A stretch of DNA of 42,955 bases from Octopus bimaculoides (lineage: Eukaryota), in NCBI RefSeq assembly GCF_001194135.2, contig NC_068993.1:23527860-23570814 (forward strand). Reading direction: 5' to 3'. Positions 26,442 to 38,561 of this stretch are shown piece by piece. The translations under genes and the position numbers were made by a program. Positions within the stretch are counted from its first letter, which is position 1. Each line of letters begins with the position of its first letter. Under the pieces are notes generated by a model. It saw only the letters and a list, made by a program, of their open reading frames with translations, was not told the DNA's origin and did not search any database.

Positions 26442-29400
26442 AACATATCTATATATTCATTGTTAATGACATATTGGGATTACATTGATGGCAAATATAT
26501 CAGATTTTCATCAATTTCTGACCTGAAAAATATTGTGGTACTCCCACGATGCAATTTATAAAGCTATATGATATTATCATCACTTTATTACAGTATACCA
26601 AAATTTTGTCAACAGTGTTATGGGGTGCATTGGAAGTTATTTTATAAGGTTTCGATTCTGTTAAATATAAGAACTTTCGTAGGACATCTTGAGATACATA
26701 CCCTCCATATTGTTCCAATTGCAAGTAACCAGTTCTTGAATATAAAGGGGTGGAGGTAATGTATTCAGGTAGGTAAAAGCGTGTCTTATATTCAAAATAT
26801 CATGAGTTAAGGCTTGAAATCAAGGTTACCATCTACAGATGGAATTAAATGCAGAGAAATTAAATTGTAAACTGCATTAACTCTACCACCCTAACGTTGA
26901 AACCCATAAATGGATCGACACTAGTGATTCAGTATGTTTCCGTATTCATATTTCATAGAGAAAGAAGAATAGTTTTCTTGATATATACAATTTCTCTAAG
27001 AATCGCATATATAATTAATACTGATCATACAATGTTGGGGTTCTAGCGAAGTAACATCCAGTAAACTGTTCAGAGGTAGAGATGAAGAAAATGTTTATAG
27101 TAATTGGTGATTTTATAAATGGCCCAACATGAATAGGTTATCCATTGTCGGTCTCATTTCACATCCGATGGATTTTAAAAATTTAGTGTCTGAGTTTAAA
27201 CAAACAGTTTTCATGTAAATGAACATTGCTATGAAACCATCTCAAATATTCACAATAATGCATCTAAGATATGGCGAGAAGTACTTACTACCAAATGAAT
27301 ATGTGCACAGATGTGTGTGCACCTATTTGTTACTATTTTTCACTTTGTGTATCTCTATATGAAGGAAAAGTCTTAAAAGTTGAGGAGAAATAAGACGAAA
27401 ATTAGAAACATGGACGCATGTAGAGATATATAAAATATCATGAATACAGAGAATTGTTTGCCTTAAACTAAACTGATGTTAAGTTTCCGGATATGCTTAG
27501 AAATTTTTCATTTAGATTCAACTCATTTTTTTAAAAACTTATTTTGATTAATGTTTGTTGACACTTAACTCTTGAGAAGGTTATAACACCATCTAAATGT
27601 CAAACACTTATTGAGATATAGATCAGCTACATTAGACAAAATATGATAATAGCATCGATAATTAATTTTCCATTATGCATGTGGTTTTAGATTTCCTAAA
27701 TATTGTTTTGCTTATAGTTTTCTATTATAATGGCAATGGAAAAAGAAATTCCAGTTGACATTTGCATATTAAATACAGATATGCAACTAATGTTATTTGA
27801 TTGGTTCATATATCAATAAGGATACAAACTTTAATTAAGCACTTTAGCTGATGTATATCACACCGATGCAACGGTTAATTTACCCTCATGGCAATAAGCA
27901 CAACGATTAGTCTAAGGCACATTGTAACTTGAATTAGTTTTATATATTCATGATAGCTTGTCATTTATCTTTCGATATATCTACAATGATATTTACAGCC
28001 AGCAAAACTTTTTGACATAATGAACCATGAGTAAAAGGATTTAATTGGTTATTGTTACACATTAACGATTTTTTTATTCTTCCTTCACAAAGAAACTGTT
28101 AGGATTGAGGAAACATTTAACTGTCGCTAGTCAAGCCATTAAAAGCAAACTAGTATTTGTATACTATAAACATTATTTTACTATGTAACTGCATAACTAG
28201 AAAAAAATGAAGAACGATTTTTTGTAACCTGGTCTATCTCCAATCATGATGCCTCATCCAAACTAAAGATGTTAATTTCAGACACAGATATTTAAGAGCA
28301 AAATTTTTGTTGCATCTCCTGAACATATGTTTAATATAAAAGCAATTTGAGTAGCATTTATACGCTTTTTAAATATTTTTAAACTTGCAAGTGTTTCAAA
28401 TTTAATTGATCACTGAAATTGTAAGAGTCATTTAAGAAGAAAGATTCTTCACTGCAACTTTGCAATGCTATTAGAGGTTATGTTGCACGGGGAGTGGGAA
28501 AATACAGTAAACTCATCATTATATCCTTTAATTAAAAACTATTTAATTAACTTTGTATATGAAGCAAGAATAAAATATCTGCAACAATAAGACATAGTGT
28601 ATGATCACGTCAATGATAAAGATGAGATGATAGTATGACTAGTAAGTATCCCATGTAATTCTCAAATGCATATTCATTGATAAATTTCAAGCTACCTTCG
28701 AAATAAAATACTATATTCTCAATATAATTGATTTTTCGTGGCAAAAATAATTGCGGTATTAATGAGGTAAGTAATCATTCCAGTCTAAATGATTTTAATA
28801 TAAATAATGATATAGACGATAGGAAAAACAAAATTTTGTAATAAGGGAAATGTTGACATCGCAATAATACTAATATTAGGAAGAACTACGATAGCGAAAC
28901 CACAGTAGCAACAAATGATAATTTAGAAATAGGTGAGAGAGTAGTTGCTACAACATAGAAAATAGTGTCGTAGAATATGTCTTCTGGGAAATAAACGCCT
29001 TCGTAAAATCGTCATATACAAACGTACAAGATTAAATACTAAATTTTTTCAGTTTGATAAAAATTATTTATGACCGTATTGCTATAAAATACTTTATTAC
29101 ATAGCATTTATTTCTGGATAATCTCTACTGAAACTTCTCGATGAACGTCAATAGTGTGAAGTTTTCTAATTGATTCAATGTATATGTAGTTGTATGTATC
29201 CCTGTGGTGGAATGTTGTAGAAAAACTTGCTACCAAGTTTCAGTACGTCTATTAATATTGAATGGCAGAAAGGGAAAAGCGTTTATGTCTACCTCATAAA
29301 TTATACATATTATTAGCTATATAATAACTGTGGCAGCATGTGAATAAGAAAAGTATAGTTATAGAAAATACCATCTAGACTTGTGTCAAAAACGTCTAGT

Positions 29401-29493
29401 CGTTTACCGTAGTAGTGGGTTTCTGTTGTTCATAGACTTAGAACAAAACATATATCAATATCAATACAGATAGAAATATGTGGGAACATATAA

Positions 29494-29529
<36 letters not shown>

Positions 29530-29975
29530 NNNNNNNNNNNNNNNNNNNNNNNNNNNNNNNNNNNNNNNNNNNNNNNNNNNNNNNNNNNNNNNNNNNNNNN
29601 NNNNNNNNNNNNNNNNNNNNNNNNNNNNNNNNNNNNNNNNNNNNNNNNNNNNNNNNNNNNNNNNNNNNNNNNNNNNNNNNNNNNNNNNNNNNNNNNNNNN
29701 NNNNNNNNNNNNNNNNNNNNNNNNNNNNNNNNNNNNNNNNNNNNNNNNNNNNNNNNNNNNNNNNNNNNNNNNNNNNNNNNNNNNNNNNNNNNNNNNNNNN
29801 NNNNNNNNNNNNNNNNNNNNNNNNNNNNNNNNNNNNNNNNNNNNNNNNNNNNNNNNNNNNNNNNNNNNNNNNNNNNNNNNNNNNNNNNNNNNNNNNNNNN
29901 NNNNNNNNNNNNNNNNNNNNNNNNNNNNNNNNNNNNNNNNNNNNNNNNNNNNNNNNTATATATATATATATATGT

Positions 29976-31364
29976 ATCAAAATAAGCAACCGGGTATCCA
30001 GGGGTGCTGCAGTACGATCGTTTCAAGCAACTCCATTTAATTGAACAATGCAATAATTGCATCAATTTAAATGTAGAGCTATCCTCAGCTCCATAAATAA
30101 ATAAATAGAATTAATTTAATCAGCCGAACGCATTTGTATAATTTTACCTAAATCCTCTAAGAGGTTAAGAAAACAGAAAAATTCCATGCAGTATTCACCT
30201 CACATTAGAAGCTACTAAGACATCAGGAAAAAAACTTGTTAGGGATCTAGCTCGTCACTGATTTTTGGGTCGGTTTTAATTTATAATCTTGTTGGTCAAA
30301 TCTTTGTATAACAAAATCTAAGACCAAAGAGCATTATTTGTTAGGAAGGGCCTAATGATGTTGACAGAATCATAATAGTCATAAAACTTGTCAAGATTAA
30401 TTTGCAGTAATATAAAGTAACTGTCTATAAGGAGGTTTGGTAAATAAGATATTAAATCGAGATGTTAGTTACCAGTTAAAGGGGCAAGACTCTAATAAAA
30501 CCAAAGTGGTAATACAGGGGAAATTTTATCATGGGGTACTATAGTTGAATGATTTAAACAATATTGTTATATTGGATAAAGATAAAATTTAGGTTTATCA
30601 AGAAAAATATTAAAAAGAATATTATAATCAAAAGGATAAATTTTTGAATACGTTTGAGAATATACCAAAATGTACAACAATAGCGGAGAAAAAATTTACA
30701 TTGAATTAGTTTAATATTTATTCATATACTTAGATATTTACTTATTAGATGGTATCTATGAAGATTCATCACTGGCATTTACTGACATTTAATAAAGGAG
30801 TACTGGGGCGATAGAACATGCTAACTATAGATTAATTATAATCTAAGAGGTATATTATAAGTTGTAAAGCTACTGGTGCTGTTATATATATAAGCTAATG
30901 TAAATATCTAGGGGTACAAAAATTAGGTTAAATTTCATAAAAGGCTGTCATCAAAATAATAATATGATCAGGTAGGGTAGAACACCATAGAAAGGAATAC
31001 ATTGCTTAATCACTAAAACCGTGATGAAGCATATATACCTTATTTTCATCAATAGAAAAGAGATTATATAGAACTTGTTTGATAATTCAATCATTTAAAA
31101 CTAAATTATTTATTTATTAGGAGGTATTTATAAAGACTGATACCTGGTATTAACTAGAGGAATATTGAGGCGATAGAAAATTCAAACTATATTATACCTC
31201 TTAGTTTATAATTAATTATAAATTAAGTGGTATAATATAAGTTTTAAAAGTTACCAGTGTTAATCCATACATGATGATATAGTTTCATTTGTGGTACTTA
31301 ATTAGGAAGGCTACTTGAAACGATCGTACCGCATCACCTCAGGATATCTGTTGCTTATTTTGAT
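29976..31364. mobile_element. About 1.39-kb AT-rich non-autonomous element bounded by ~65-bp imperfect terminal inverted repeats
   Basis: 29976-30043 is the reverse complement of 31297-31364, including identical blocks atcaaaataagcaac (15 nt) and gtacgatcgtttcaag (16 nt). No ORF inside. Confidence 0.72.
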
Positions 31365-31476
31365 TTTATTCACCTTATTTTGAAACTGATAATTCCGAAC
31401 TAATGTTTGGTACCTCAACTGAAGTAGCTAATTCATCTGAACTTCAATTATTTTGCATATATATATATGTATATAT

Positions 31477-31876
31477 TCTTTTTCTTTTATCCTTTTACTT
31501 CTTTCAGTAATTTGACTGTGGCAATGCTGGAGCACCGCCTTTAGTCGGACGGATCGACTCCAGGACTTCTTCTTTGTAAGCCTAGTATTTCTTCTGTTTC
31601 TTTTGTCGAACCATTACGTTACGGGGACGTAATCACATTAATATTGGCTGTCAAGCGATAGTGGTGAGAAAAACAGACACACACAGAAATATACACACAT
31701 ATATATACATACGATGGGCTTCTTTTAGTTTCCGTCAACCAAATCTACTCAAGGCTTTGGTCGGCCGAGGCTATAATTGTAGATACTTGCCCAAGGTGTC
31801 CGCAGTGGGTCTGATCCCGGAAGCAGAAGTATGTGGTTGGAAATCAGGCTTCTTACCACTGAGCCACGCCTGCGCA
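31477..31876 (-). mobile_element. SINE family 1, essentially full-length, with an internal microsatellite
   Basis: Reverse complement: gcgcaggcgtggctcagtggtaagaag head, B-box-like region, body, internal (TA/TG) tract, 3' tail ggcggtgctccagcattgccacagtcaaattactgaaag and an A-rich tail. Confidence 0.9.
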
Positions 31877-32129
31877 TATATATATATGTGTATGTATGTG
31901 GAGAATAGGTTGCCTGCTACGTTTTTGTTAATGGCTTAATAAAACTTGACAGTCTTAAATTAACTATGTATATTGATATATTCTGGGTTAGGATAGAACC
32001 AATAAGGTTAATTTTTGTTAGCAGATAGGTGATATGGAGGGTGCGATGGGTAAATTGTTGCCATATTATATATTAATTTCATGCATGCGTATTGTTTGTT
32101 CTTGATTTAGTCGACTACATTGTATAGTA

Positions 32130-33045
32130 CGGTCAGGCGGGCACCGTCTGTGAAAATAAACAGCATAACGGCCCAATTCCCTCTGCCAGAAATTTGGAAA
32201 TGACATAGTGTACTGCTTAGCATTTGCACATTTCAGATTGTTTGAGTGTCAATCTGACGAAACTGCAAAGGATTCGGAAAGTGTGGGATGAGTCTAATGG
32301 TGATTACGAAGGTACGGCAGCTCGTAAATCTCACTCTGATCGTTCTGATAAGAAACTGATATGAAACAACTCCTGAATTTGTTAGTGGGATCCAGTCCAT
32401 GACTGACAAAGTTCCCTTCAAGTCAATCTGGTCCATCACCAGGGACATGGGAGTGTCTGAGTTTCTTATCCGGCAGGTAATGCATCATGACATTCGGTAT
32501 TCCTTACACAAGAGGAAAACGTCCAATTTTTATCTTAAGCCATCAAGGAAAAGAGGAAAGACCGCGCTACGAAGCTTTTCAAGAAACTCAAGCATCCTCT
32601 GCAACTGAAAACTCTTTAGTTTTTCTCAGGCAACAAAACTTTCTTCCAGGTTCAGACGGTGAACACACAGAACGACCGTTGGCTTGCTGTGGCCCCAAAA
32701 CATGTACCGAGTATGTTAAAAATCAAACATTCAGTCAACATCATGGTGTTTGGAGTGATCACTAGTGAGGACGATGTTATGCCTCCCTTCATCTTCCCAC
32801 ACGAACTCAGACTCAACACGGAAGCCTACATCAAATGCCTGGAGGAAGTAGTACCACCCTGGATTGAGAGAGTGGCTGCTGGAAGACCTCCCATATCTGG
32901 CAACAAGACACTGCACCATGCCACAAAAGCAGGGGAACCAAGTCATGGCTGTCAGAAAATTTCTGCGGCCATATCAACCCTAATATCTGGCCACCTAACT
33001 TCCCAGACTACAACCCGCTTCATTATTGTATGTGGAGCTCAGGTG
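32130..33045 (+). mobile_element. Tc1/mariner superfamily DD37D (maT-type) transposase relic
   Basis: KSIWSITRDMGVSEFLIRQVMH (HTH), FFSGNK (first D mutated to G), MVFGVITS..DVMPPFIFP, and WQQD + 37 aa + H within WPPNFPDYNPLH (third D mutated to H). Frameshifted. Confidence 0.88.
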
Positions 33046-33048
33046 ATC

Positions 33049-33388
33049 GAATAGCTGCGGTGAGTGAAAAAAATATTGGCTTCAAACTGAACGCCAGAGA
33101 CATAATTTCAACAATAAACTCGCTTGCAATCACAGTAGTTCAGTATGGTGTTGGACTCCTGAAGTAGACAGAGGAGGAGCTAAAGGAGATGGACAGGAAA
33201 TCAGGAAAGGTCCTAACGATGCATGGAGCCCATCATCCATGAGCAGATATTGATCGCCTATACATGAAGAGAGCAAATGAAGGAGGGGGGGTGATAAACG
33301 CGGATGACTGCTTGCGTATCGTACTCATGCGTTTAACGTGATATCTAACCGGAAGTAAAGAAACCATGATAGAGACAGTTAAGAACTA
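33049..33388 (+). mobile_element. R4/Dong-clade LINE fragment (post-RT region)
   Basis: KKILASK.NARDIISTINS...QYGVGLLK*TEEELKEMDRK...MHGAHHP*ADIDRLYMKR..GGG matches the R4 motif DRKTRK..TMHG..HP..D.DRLY..R..GGRG. Confidence 0.85.
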
Positions 33389-33399
33389 CCATTGATACA

Positions 33400-34118
33400 G
33401 TGTAAAGAGAGGATGAATCCAATAAACTGTCCATAGTCTGTCTATCCTATCTGAAAGACCTCTCCGAAAAGATACAAAAGATGTGCGACCCATAGGACAT
33501 CAGAGTAAAACCAGCATTAGAAGAGAATTTGACCAAAAACTGTATGCATTCCATCCCATGCAGCTGTGGTAGGTTATACAATGATGAAACATGTCGCCCC
33601 CTCAAAATAAAGGTAGAAGAACATCGCAAAGCTGTGACAAGAGGAGATATTGTTAAATCCGGTATAGCTGATCATGTATGGAAAAATGGAGACCACCATC
33701 CCCTGTGGGATGAAGTTAAATTACTAGACAGATAACACCACTGGGATATACGAAGACTAAAAGAAGCAGCTCATATACTAGGACACAACAACCTCCTAAG
33801 CAGACCGAGTGCTGATATGAGTAGCCTATGGGAACCGGTATTACGGAAGGATAGGAAAATATTAGATTTATAAGCGCTAAAATTCACTCCCTAATTACCC
33901 ACGGGCATATGGTGTAGTGGTTAAGAGCGCGGGCTACTAACCCCAAGATTCCGAGTTCGATTCCAGGCAGTGACCTTAATAATAATAACACCGAAAAATA
34001 GGAATGAGAACCCAGATATATCAGCCGAAACGTTGTGTTAACAAGAAACAAGATGAGGACAGATATCCGTCAAATGTAAATGATGTACATAATTTCCCAT
34101 CTCTTAAATATAGAGCTG
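33400..34118 (+). mobile_element. Penelope-like element (Penelope/Poseidon type) 3' portion, copy D: GIY-YIG endonuclease + tRNA-like module + tail
   Basis: CLSYLKDLSEKIQK (RT-EN linker) precedes HSIPCSCGRLYNDETCRPLKIKVEEHRKAV...SGIADHVW...HHPLWDEVKLLD, a C-terminal GIY-YIG with CxC and His motifs. The tail is shared with 9111-9428 and 24027-24135. Confidence 0.87.
33903..33975 (+). pseudogene. tRNA-derived (Arg-like) Pol III module within the PLE
   Basis: GGGCATA-TGGTGTAGTGG (A-box)...CT-ACT-AA...AGATT-CCGAGTTCGATTCC (B-box)-AGGCAGTGACC; same position relative to the ORF as in copy C. Confidence 0.72.
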
Positions 34119-34297
34119 AATAAAATAATTATCTGCAATAAGTTATATTTTCTCCTATTTCTATTCATTCTTTTATAAAAGATATTCTTGACAAAGGCAA
34201 AAGATGTATATTCTTGGAAAAGATTGTCTCCGCTTAAACAGAAGATGTCTTTCGCTGCCTCAGTATATAGAGCTTCTTGTAAGTGCACAAGCACACT

Positions 34298-34337
<40 letters not shown>

Positions 34338-35489
34338 TGTACTTGTGCTGGAGTGATGTTGGCTGCAAGTCTGTATTTTTTAGCCTCTGGAAACATATAT
34401 ATGCCAAAATGGTCATGTGTATTGAAATGCATATAGATGATTACTTGTTACATTTTAGTTGCTTCTTTGTATTATTTTTGTGCATGTAAAGAAATGTATC
34501 GACTAAACATTACTTCTTAATATTTCACATTTGAATTTTATTTAATGCAATATCGTTGATTAATATTGGTGGAAGAATACAAAATTTATAAAAATCGAAA
34601 AGCTTCACATAAGTATTTACCTTTAGAAAAGGAATTGTTTAAGTCGATATTATTTTACAAAAGAAACCACTTAACGATATTACGACATGCTAATATTATG
34701 GATAAGACGGTTATGTTTCGTGTTAAAAATCGATCAAAGACTTGATTCGTTACAAACAATTTAGCATTGTCGTAAAAACTAAGAACATGAATGTGATAAT
34801 GATAATAATGGCGGGCTAAAAGATTTATAACCTAATGATGATGATTATGTTGCTACTGCCGCTGGTGCTACTGCTACTTTTACGAATACTACTTATAATA
34901 ATAATTAGGAGGCGGGTGATGATAAAATAATAATAATTAGGAGGCGGTTCATGATAAATTGATAGATAGATAATAGACAGCCTGAATATTGAAAAACAAA
35001 CCAATGAAAAATAAGTCGTACATGGTCTAAAAGGAAATGAGCTGTATACATTTACTACCATCAGTTCAAACAGTATGAGATATTGCGCAAAATTAATAAA
35101 ACAAAGGAATACAATAAGGACAGAGACAGAAAACAAGGAAATTGCTGACAATATACAGCTTTACGCTCAGACATAGATGTTGAAAGCTCGTATTGATATT
35201 CGCAGGACGGAAGAAGAGAATTGATATATGTAGATTTTCGTTTGAAAGTAGGTATAGAGAGCTAAAGGAGAAAACTTGCCGGCAGTGATGAAATGTATTT
35301 GATAATAGTATGAAGTGAGATATTAGCTGCAGGAACGAAAGCAGTGAAATTCTCGAAGCTGAAAAGCAAAACATCGAACAGAAATATTTACACTGGAAGA
35401 TATTTCAATGTGCCGAATATATGGACATCAGAAATCATTTCAGGAGATAGCAGACGGAGTTTCAAAGACAGACAGACAGAGGGAGGGGT

Positions 35490-35490
35490 G

Positions 35491-35528
<38 letters not shown>

Positions 35529-35589
35529 AGAAGAAGAAGAAGAAGAAGAAGAAGAAGAAGAAGAAGAAGAAGAAGAAGAAGAAAGAAAG
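35490..35589. repeat. (GA)n + (GAA)n polypurine microsatellite
   Basis: Seen directly; the (GAA)n run spans about 35524-35583. Confidence 0.95.
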
Positions 35590-36506
35590 CGGGATAAAGA
35601 AAGACAAATATAGGGTGATAGAGAGACAGAGAGGAAAGAGACAGAAGGCAACCATAAATGTTCCTCCATCGATCGGTTCCTACTTTGTCTGGGCTAACTT
35701 ATTCATGCTGCTATTTTCCCTCTTCTCCTTCACAAATATCTGTTCCGGTGACTCGAATGGATTTCCTTGTGACGCGAATTTTAGTAGACGGAGGAAGCTG
35801 TAGTAGAAGGAAGGGTTACGTGTGCGTAAATGAGTTTGTTTTTTCAGTCTGGATAATTCGTAGGAAAAAGTGAACATAACACCGACTTTCTAGTATATTT
35901 TCTCCGGTGTATGGTATTGGTGTCCACTGCAGATACTGTTGAATATTTTTCTCCCTTTTGTTTTGGTGCTGTTATTCTTGTTACTGCTGCAAATGGTGCA
36001 GCATTCGTTGTTGCTATGCTGCAGCAGCTTCCATTGTTGATGTTTTTATTACCGAAATATCTTTTGTGATGAAGGCATCAACCCTAAAGGGATTTTTCTT
36101 TTATTTCCCGAGAGCAGAAAGTACTTAGGTGATTTGCATTCCCACACAAATGACATCTCGTCCTTTTGCTCTCCGCTGGTGTGAAAATCTTGAAACCATT
36201 AACGAGTTTGATCAAATCAAGTATGTTTCCTGCTCAGAAATAACGGGAGCCAAAATTTAGACAACGCACTCACGGCAACTTTTGATACGATGCGGTGTCT
36301 TAAATATTTCAGTTATAATAATTATTACCTACATCTTTTATATCAACATTTAAATGAAGTAAAACAAACCAAATCACAAATGTATGATCATATCTGTGGA
36401 CCCAAACCAGAGGCTTATATGGATGTTAGAGTCTGGTGCGTAAATGCCTAATGTTCGTGAAGATTATAGTATATAAAAAGGAACCGTGAAAGTATTTGTG
36501 TGAAAG

Positions 36507-36750
36507 TATGTATGTATATACATATATATATATATACATATACATATGTATATATATATATATGTATGCATACATATATATATATATATATATACATATA
36601 TATGTATATATGTAGATGTATATACATTTATACATACATATATATGTATATGTGCATGTACATATATACATATACATGCATGCATATATCTATGTATGAA
36701 TACGTACATACACACACATATATATATTTACAGACATACACGCACACACA
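36507..36750. repeat. Compound (TA/TG/CA) low-complexity tract
   Basis: Seen directly. Confidence 0.9.
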
Positions 36751-37134
36751 ATAAAACACGCCATCAGGCACAACCTCACACACACATAAGCTGGATTAAT
36801 TCTGCCGGTCATCTTATCCTAATTCAGTTTATATTATCGATTAGAGCCCTACCGTCAATTTAGATAGTTGTGAATCGCAAGCTTGGACTAAAGCAGGATT
36901 ATATTTCCACTAATTCACAATGACAACTTATAGCCAGAACAATCTACGCACCCTAGCTCTACAACACCTAATTCATCTGTTAACGATCTCAAGTAAATGA
37001 AATTAAATAAATGCATTAAGTTTTAATATTTGTAAGTTGTTGTGCTTTTAAATAATTTATGAGAAATGTATTTCTATGTTTTTCATGGATATCTGATGCA
37101 TAATCTCACTCTGTTTCTATATCCATTCATACAT

Positions 37135-37167
<33 letters not shown>

Positions 37168-37640
37168 ATGTTTTTGTTATTGTTTCTCATGCTCGGTGTT
37201 TTTAAATTTGCGCATTCTGAATTCGTATATGAGAGTCCAGTTTATATTTTTGAGCTTAATTCTATTTCATATTCATGTTTCTGCATTAAATTTCATGACT
37301 TGCCACCTTGGAGGTTGATAGTTTCATATCGAAGTCTTATTCCTACATACTCAGTGTACAGTGCGTGCATTCCCAATATCCCACACGGAGCAAAGGTATC
37401 GAAGCTACAAGCTGGTGCATACTTACCGAATTAACAATTTTTTCGAACATAGAGAAAAAACAAGAAAATAGAGAAAATTAGGTGAGACAAAATGATTCGA
37501 TCTCAAACAGAAAGAGTTGGAAAAAGTGTTGCACAGCATTTTGTAACAGGCTTTAAGGAGTATAGCTATACATACATATATACTTACACACAAATGCACA
37601 TACATACCCACATACACCCACACACACACATACACATATA

Positions 37641-37683
<43 letters not shown>

Positions 37684-38468
37684 NNNNNNNNNNNNNNNNN
37701 NNNNNNNNNNNNNNNNNNNNNNNNNNNNNNNNNNNNNNNNNNNNNNNNNNNNNNNNNNNNNNNNNNNNNNNNNNNNNNNNNNNNNNNNNNNNNNNNNNNN
37801 NNNNNNNNNNNNNNNNNNNNNNNNNNNNNNNNNNNNNNNNNNNNNNNNNNNNNNNNNNNNNNNNNNNNNNNNNNNNNNNNNNNNNNNNNNNNNNNNNNNN
37901 NNNNNNNNNNNNNNNNNNNNNNNNNNNNNNNNNNNNNNNNNNNNNNNNNNNNNNNNNNNNNNNNNNNNNNNNNNNNNNNNNNNNNNNNNNNNNNNNNNNN
38001 NNNNNNNNNNNNNNNNNNNNNNNNNNNNNNNNNNNNNNNNNNNNNNNNNNNNNNNNNNNNNNNNNNNNNNNNNNNNNNNNNNNNNNNNNNNNNNNNNNNN
38101 NNNNNNNNNNNNNNNNNNNNNNNNNNNNNNNNNNNNNNNNNNNNNNNNNNNNNNNNNNNNNNNNNNNNNNNNNNNNNNNNNNNNNNNNNNNNNNNNNNNN
38201 NNNNNNNNNNNNNNNNNNNNNNNNNNNNNNNNNNNNNNNNNNNNNNNNNNNNNNNNNNNNNNNNNNNNNNNNNNNNNNNNNNNNNNNNNNNNNNNNNNNN
38301 NNNNNNNNNNNNNNNNNNNNNNNNNNNNNNNNNNNNNNNNNNNNNNNNNNNNNNNNNNNNNNNNNNNNNNNNNNNNNNNNNNNNNNNNNNNNNNNNNNNN
38401 NNNNNNNNNNNNNNNNNNNNNNNNNNNNNNNNNNNNNNNNNNNNNNNNNNNNNNNNNNNNNTATATAT

Positions 38469-38471
38469 AGT

Positions 38472-38511
<40 letters not shown>

Positions 38512-38561
38512 GGCCCCTGCCCAAGGATGACACGCAAATTCGTGAAGCGTTCCATATTTTT
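38469..38561 (+). ncRNA. U6: U6 snRNA copy, probably a retrocopy; the 5' stem-loop is absent or lost in the adjacent gap/TA tract
   Basis: AGTACATATACTAAAATTGGAACGATACAGAGAAGATTAGCATGGCCCCTGCCCAAGGATGACACGCAAATTCGTGAAGCGTTCCATATTTTT contains the ACAGAGA box, AGC triad and 3' oligo-T. It has a G>C change (CTGCCCAAGG vs canonical CTGCGCAAGG). Confidence 0.93.

Noticed and set aside
30200-31300. Possible mitochondrial insertion (very AT-rich with strand skew)
   Set aside because: No mitochondrial protein, rRNA or tRNA motif was recognised in any frame.
33903-33975. Functional tRNA-Ser(ACT) gene
   Set aside because: The acceptor, anticodon and T stems have multiple mismatches, the body resembles tRNA-Arg and it is embedded in a repeat; treated as a tRNA-derived module.
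35282-35365. Possible C/D-box snoRNA (GTGATGA...CTGA)
   Set aside because: No terminal stem and no recognisable rRNA/snRNA guide complement.
37420-37432. ATACTTACC resembling the U1 snRNA 5' end
   Set aside because: No further U1 similarity; at most an isolated minus-strand donor-like site with no supported exon.
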